In this document: piece by piece, positions 60,532 through 64,000 of the stretch
Numbering within the stretch: the first letter of the stretch is position 1
How the letters are laid out: the number at the start of each line of letters is the position of its first letter
Source: a virus
Length of the DNA stretch: 64,000 nucleotides
Strand: one strand, 5' to 3'
Virus record (IMG/VR): IMGVR_UViG_3300050821_014313
Coordinates: 4,677-68,676 of that record
Notes under the pieces: model-generated
Databases searched by the model: none
What the model saw: the letters and a program-made list of their open reading frames with translations, nothing else
Told to the model about the DNA's origin: nothing
Made by a program: the position numbers and the translations under genes

Positions 60532-60906
60532 ATGAGTTTCAGCTTGAGTGGGTTCAAGAATGTTGGGCATTATTTGGCCACGGGGTTTAAGTATGTTGCG
60601 ACTGGCCTGGAGGACGTGATTAAGGTCGCAGCGAAGGGACAGGCGATAGCACCCGAAGTCAGCGCGCTCGCAGCGGCGCTAGCTGGGCCGTTGGGCGCGC
60701 AGATTAGCGATCTTGCGTTCCATAGTCTGGGCGCGGTTGCTGCCGCGATCTCACCGGTCGAAGCCGACGCAGCTTCGGAAGCTTCTGCCGCGTCGCTCGC
60801 TGCGCAGTTACAGCTTGCGCCCGAGACCGTGCTCGCGATTAAGGGAGCAGCGGCGCAGATCGAAGCGCTGATGAAGGCAATTGGGGCTGCGAAGCCAGCG
60901 AAGTAA
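60532..60906 (+). CDS. Ala-rich amphipathic hypothetical protein
   Basis: GGAGG RBS before ATG 60532. Confidence 0.65.
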   Translation: MSFSLSGFKNVGHYLATGFKYVATGLEDVIKVAAKGQAIAPEVSALAAALAGPLGAQISDLAFHSLGAVAAAISPVEADAASEASAASLAAQLQLAPETVLAIKGAAAQIEALMKAIGAAKPAK

Positions 60907-60982
60907 CGATCACTAGGTAGTGCCGAAAAAGCCCGGGATGCCGAAAAGCTGATCCTGAGTAGGGTTCCCGGGCGAAGATCAC

Positions 60983-61016
60983 AAACGTCGTCACTTGCGA
61001 ATAAGTGACGACGTTT
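60983..61016 (+). terminator. intrinsic terminator
   Basis: 14-bp stem AAACGTCGTCACTT/AAGTGACGACGTTT followed by a T tract. Confidence 0.8.
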
Positions 61017-61038
61017 TGTTTTGCGGTATACTCTCAGA

Positions 61039-61608
61039 GTGAATCCCCGAGAAGCGAAGCCGAAGCGAACACGGGTAGTTCCGACTGATCCGATGGCCGA
61101 TCTGACGATGCCAGCGGGATACGGAACGAGGGCTCGGCCGAACGGCGGGATACAGTTCAGGCACCAAGATCCGAGAGTCGCAGCGCACATAGCTAGGGTA
61201 GTTCTTAAGAACAACATGAACTTCGAGGCAGCGGTCGCGGCAATGTCTCCGCGCAAACTGACCGACGAGCAAATCGCCGCCCAGGCGTTCGTGCTCAAGC
61301 GCGCGCCAAAGGTTCAGGCCGAGATCCAGAAGCTGTATCAGACGATCGGATTGGACGATGAGGCGTTTAAGAAGTACTGGAGCGTGTTGTGGGAATGGAT
61401 GCTCAGCGGGGATCGGCCGCGAGCCGTAACTGGAGCAAAGTTGCTCGGCGCGATCTTTGGGATCAACGATAAGGCCGACGAGAGCAAGAAACCGCAGGTG
61501 CTTAAGATCGCGGGTCTCGAGGAAGGGCTGAAAGCGATGGGAGTCACTCCGAGCGCGAACCCGACCGGATTCGGTAAGATAGAAGACGAGGACGAAGAAA
61601 ATGGATAG
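61039..61608 (+). CDS. terminase small subunit (putative)
   Basis: Helical; LKRAPKVQAEIQKL and AKLLGAIFG patterns; upstream of TerL; start codon uncertain. Confidence 0.6.
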   Translation: MNPREAKPKRTRVVPTDPMADLTMPAGYGTRARPNGGIQFRHQDPRVAAHIARVVLKNNMNFEAAVAAMSPRKLTDEQIAAQAFVLKRAPKVQAEIQKLYQTIGLDDEAFKKYWSVLWEWMLSGDRPRAVTGAKLLGAIFGINDKADESKKPQVLKIAGLEEGLKAMGVTPSANPTGFGKIEDEDEENG

Positions 61609-61774
61609 CAAGCAGTTGTTTAAGTTTTTGAAGGATCAGCTTCCGATGCTACCGCATATTCACGCGGCGCTCGACGAGATTCAGCTTGAGCTCGATGCGT
61701 GTCGGCAAGCGCCAAAGCCGCAGCCGGTCGAAGCTCCATCCGAAGCAGTTTCTGCGAAAGAGTAGGCCATTCTT

Positions 61775-62116
61775 ATGGATCTGAGTTTTCTGAGTGGGAT
61801 AATGGATTCGCCTCAAGCGCAAGGAGCGTTGGGGCTCGCGGGCAAAGTTGGTAGCGGACTGCAGGCGGCCAGCAGCGGACAACCTCCGCAGCAAGCACCG
61901 ACCGGAAGCGGTATGACAGGCGGGCTCGCGGGAATACGCACCAACCTCCAGCAGATTGCCGGCGCGCCAGTCAAGCAGAACTCGATGGCACGGTATGTTC
62001 CGGGAGGAGGCAGAATACCTGGGATCGGTCCAGGAACGCCAGCTCAAGGCACAATCGCAGTGCCGCAGCTGAATCCAACAGGCTTGCCTAACGGCAGCGG
62101 AATGTCGGGGATGTAG
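61775..62116 (+). CDS. Gly/Pro/Gln-rich low-complexity protein
   Basis: 113-aa ORF co-oriented with the operon. Confidence 0.55.
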   Translation: MDLSFLSGIMDSPQAQGALGLAGKVGSGLQAASSGQPPQQAPTGSGMTGGLAGIRTNLQQIAGAPVKQNSMARYVPGGGRIPGIGPGTPAQGTIAVPQLNPTGLPNGSGMSGM

Positions 62117-62118
62117 CC

Positions 62119-62436
62119 ATGAGCGATCCAATAAAAACGCTGACGCCAGCAGAAATCGCGCAGAACGAATCTCAGGTAGCTAAAGAAGGTTGGTTGCGAC
62201 GCGACGAAGTAGCCGTGGATATAGCGGCGAACGTGGTAGTACTGCGTGGCCAGGAAGACGAAACAATCTCCTCGCATGCGGCGAGAGCCGATGAAGAAGG
62301 CAAAGGGTGGGGCAGACTACTCAGCCGGTTCCTTAATCTCTTTCAGTCGGATCACGGCGCGAAAGCCCAAGCCGGCGACCTCGAGCGTGCGCAAAACATC
62401 GAGCGGATCGAGGAGAACTCGAAAGGATTGAAATAG
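62119..62436 (+). CDS. conserved phage hypothetical protein
   Basis: D..AN...G..DETISS...W...L...DH motif common in phages. Confidence 0.6.
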   Translation: MSDPIKTLTPAEIAQNESQVAKEGWLRRDEVAVDIAANVVVLRGQEDETISSHAARADEEGKGWGRLLSRFLNLFQSDHGAKAQAGDLERAQNIERIEENSKGLK

Positions 62437-62437
62437 T

Positions 62438-62716
62438 GTGCCTGGGAATAGTTATGGTGGTGGGAGCAGTACTGATCAAGCTGAGCGCGACATCGGTGGT
62501 TACCCTCACAGCGGCCAAGGCGATCCGAGCGGAATCACCGCAAAGAACATAGCAACGATGCTGCAGAAGAGCAAGCAGAACGGGTTGAGCGGGTTGCGTA
62601 AGCGCGATGGCAAAGATCCGCATGCGATCGATCAGTACGCGCTGCGCACGCAGGACGATGTTGGACAGGTTGAACCCGGGAAGGGTTTTGGAGGGATCAA
62701 GAATCTCTTCCAGTAA
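62438..62716 (+). CDS. small Gly-rich hypothetical protein
   Basis: GTG start right after the upstream stop. Confidence 0.5.
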   Translation: MPGNSYGGGSSTDQAERDIGGYPHSGQGDPSGITAKNIATMLQKSKQNGLSGLRKRDGKDPHAIDQYALRTQDDVGQVEPGKGFGGIKNLFQ

Positions 62717-62762
62717 GCAGCAGCTGAATCCGCTGTGATAGTATTTCGTTAGGAGAATTCTT

Positions 62763-62996
62763 ATGACGTTTGTTCCCGATTCGAGCGCAAGCTATCAGTC
62801 GTATCTTTACGCGAAGGGACTGATTGCGGCTGACAAACGCGATCAGTGGGATGTGAATTACCTGATGTATTTGCACTCGCTGATCGACGCAGCGACAACT
62901 CTTGTCGCGAACTCCGGAACGCGCACGGCTCCTAACGGCTCCGTCGCGACTGCAATCGCCGATGCGAACGCCAGCAACTTTCAACGCAATTTCTAA
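62763..62996 (+). CDS. paralogue triad member 1
   Basis: AGGAG RBS; MTFVPD...TTLVANSGT..APNGS...RNF. Confidence 0.75.
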   Translation: MTFVPDSSASYQSYLYAKGLIAADKRDQWDVNYLMYLHSLIDAATTLVANSGTRTAPNGSVATAIADANASNFQRNF

Positions 62997-63011
62997 GGAC
63001 GGTAGCAGCTT

Positions 63012-63299
63012 ATGGTTTTCACGCCTGACACAGATTTGAACTTCCAAGCGTACCGGTATTTTGTTGAGGGTGCGTTTACGAGCGGACTAGCGGCCGGCGC
63101 GATCAATCCTCCTCCCAAGCTAACCGGCGACGACCTTGCGCAGTTCCAACTGGCTCTCATCCAGTGGTTGTGCTTGCAGATGACGAACGGGGTGACGTTG
63201 GTTACAAACGGCGGGACCGCGCAGGCACCAACAAACAGTATTCTGGCTGCACTCAATGCTGCGCAGAGCGTAGCGCGCGGCGGAAATAGAGGCTTCTAA
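63012..63299 (+). CDS. paralogue triad member 2
   Basis: MVFTPDTD...VTLVTNGGT..APTNS...NRGF. Confidence 0.75.
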   Translation: MVFTPDTDLNFQAYRYFVEGAFTSGLAAGAINPPPKLTGDDLAQFQLALIQWLCLQMTNGVTLVTNGGTAQAPTNSILAALNAAQSVARGGNRGF

Positions 63300-63538
63300 T
63301 GGTTTTCACTCCTGATACCGACACGAATTCTCTCGCGCAGTTGTTTGCGCGAGGTCTGATTAAGGGCGAGGATCTCGCGACCTGGGATCAGGTGCTCAAT
63401 CAGTGGTTTATGAACGCGTGCACCGCAGGCACGACCTTGGTCACGAACAGCGGGACGACCGCAGCCCCGAACGGCAGCATCGCAACCGCAATCGCAGCCG
63501 CCAACCTCGCGGTTAAGAGCGGCAACAGGAATTTCTAA
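63299..63538 (+). CDS. paralogue triad member 3
   Basis: MVFTPDTD...TTLVTNSGT..APNGS...NRNF. Confidence 0.75.
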   Translation: MVFTPDTDTNSLAQLFARGLIKGEDLATWDQVLNQWFMNACTAGTTLVTNSGTTAAPNGSIATAIAAANLAVKSGNRNF

Positions 63539-63879
63539 TGAGTTTCTTCAACTCCCCTAAGCTTACCGGCGACAACAACATCCAACAGATCCGCGATCCG
63601 TTGAAGAAGATGACGAACGCGTTGGTGCCGAAGCCACAGGGGAGCGAGATCGGCAGTCCGAAGTTCAAAATGCCCGAGAACGGCGGCGATCCGCATCCGC
63701 GGGCCGGCCAGGGCATGATGAGTAGTCATCTGGGCGCGAGCACCAAGCCCATGCCAAGCTTTCCACAACAACCACTGAGCCCCGAAGGTGGGATCCAGCA
63801 ATCGCTTAGTCCAAAGAGTGGGCTCGCGGGCGTGAAAAAGCCGCCGAGCGCCTCGTCTGTCGGCAAACACCTATTCTGA
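63538..63879 (+). CDS. Pro/Ser/Lys-rich disordered protein
   Basis: TAATG coupling with the upstream gene. Confidence 0.6.
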   Translation: MSFFNSPKLTGDNNIQQIRDPLKKMTNALVPKPQGSEIGSPKFKMPENGGDPHPRAGQGMMSSHLGASTKPMPSFPQQPLSPEGGIQQSLSPKSGLAGVKKPPSASSVGKHLF

Positions 63880-63891
63880 TACAATTTCTCC

Positions 63892-64000
63892 ATGCTAAAC
63901 GTCGCTCCGATCGAAAAATTCGAGATCGAAGAGCGGATGACGAAGTTTCTTCCGTCGCAGCGCGCGTTCGTGTTCGCGCCAGAACGTTTCAGTGCGATCG
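63892..64000 (+). CDS. terminase large subunit, 5' fragment (runs off the window)
   Basis: MLNVAPIEKFEIEERMTKFLPSQRAFVFAPERFSAI matches the P.Q..F adenine-binding motif that precedes Walker A. Confidence 0.65.
   Translation, partial: MLNVAPIEKFEIEERMTKFLPSQRAFVFAPERFSAI

Noticed and set aside
1-64000. tRNA/tmRNA genes, integrase, reverse transcriptase/DGR, stop-codon recoding
   Set aside because: I found no cloverleaf or T-loop context and no recombinase or RT motifs. Long genes end normally at TAG, TGA and TAA with coupled neighbours. This was a by-eye search only.

Overview
This window looks like most of the genome of a tailed dsDNA phage with a short-tailed (podovirus-like) virion layout. 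The window cuts into the terminase large subunit at its right edge, and the portal gene is not in view. Positions 1-23050 (+) form the virion and lysis block: scaffold, major capsid, adaptor, nozzle, four ejection-type proteins, an HNH-AP2 homing endonuclease, receptor-binding proteins and a GH108 endolysin. Positions ~22900-58200 (mostly -) hold a nucleotide-hydrolase cluster, a family A DNA polymerase, a UDG-like protein, a UvrD helicase, a Sak4-like ATPase, a Cas4/RecB-like nuclease, a RepA-like helicase with a likely origin beside it, and many small early genes. Positions 58670-64000 (+) hold membrane genes, TerS, small paralogous genes and the start of TerL. The most unusual features are: (1) four tail-region adhesin/FN3 proteins carry Sec-type signal peptides and even, paired cysteine counts, suggesting periplasmic folding and assembly; (2) two replication enzymes appear topologically rearranged (a circularly permuted Cas4-like nuclease and a UDG-like protein with swapped motifs), and PolA carries Zn-finger inserts; (3) a six-copy ECF-sigma-like promoter class drives early operons; (4) a recurring AACC(C)AGATG start-codon motif matches a palindromic operator; (5) several structured intergenic RNA candidates occur. 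All family assignments come from motif recognition by eye, not from database searches. I saw no integrase, tRNA or CRISPR array.
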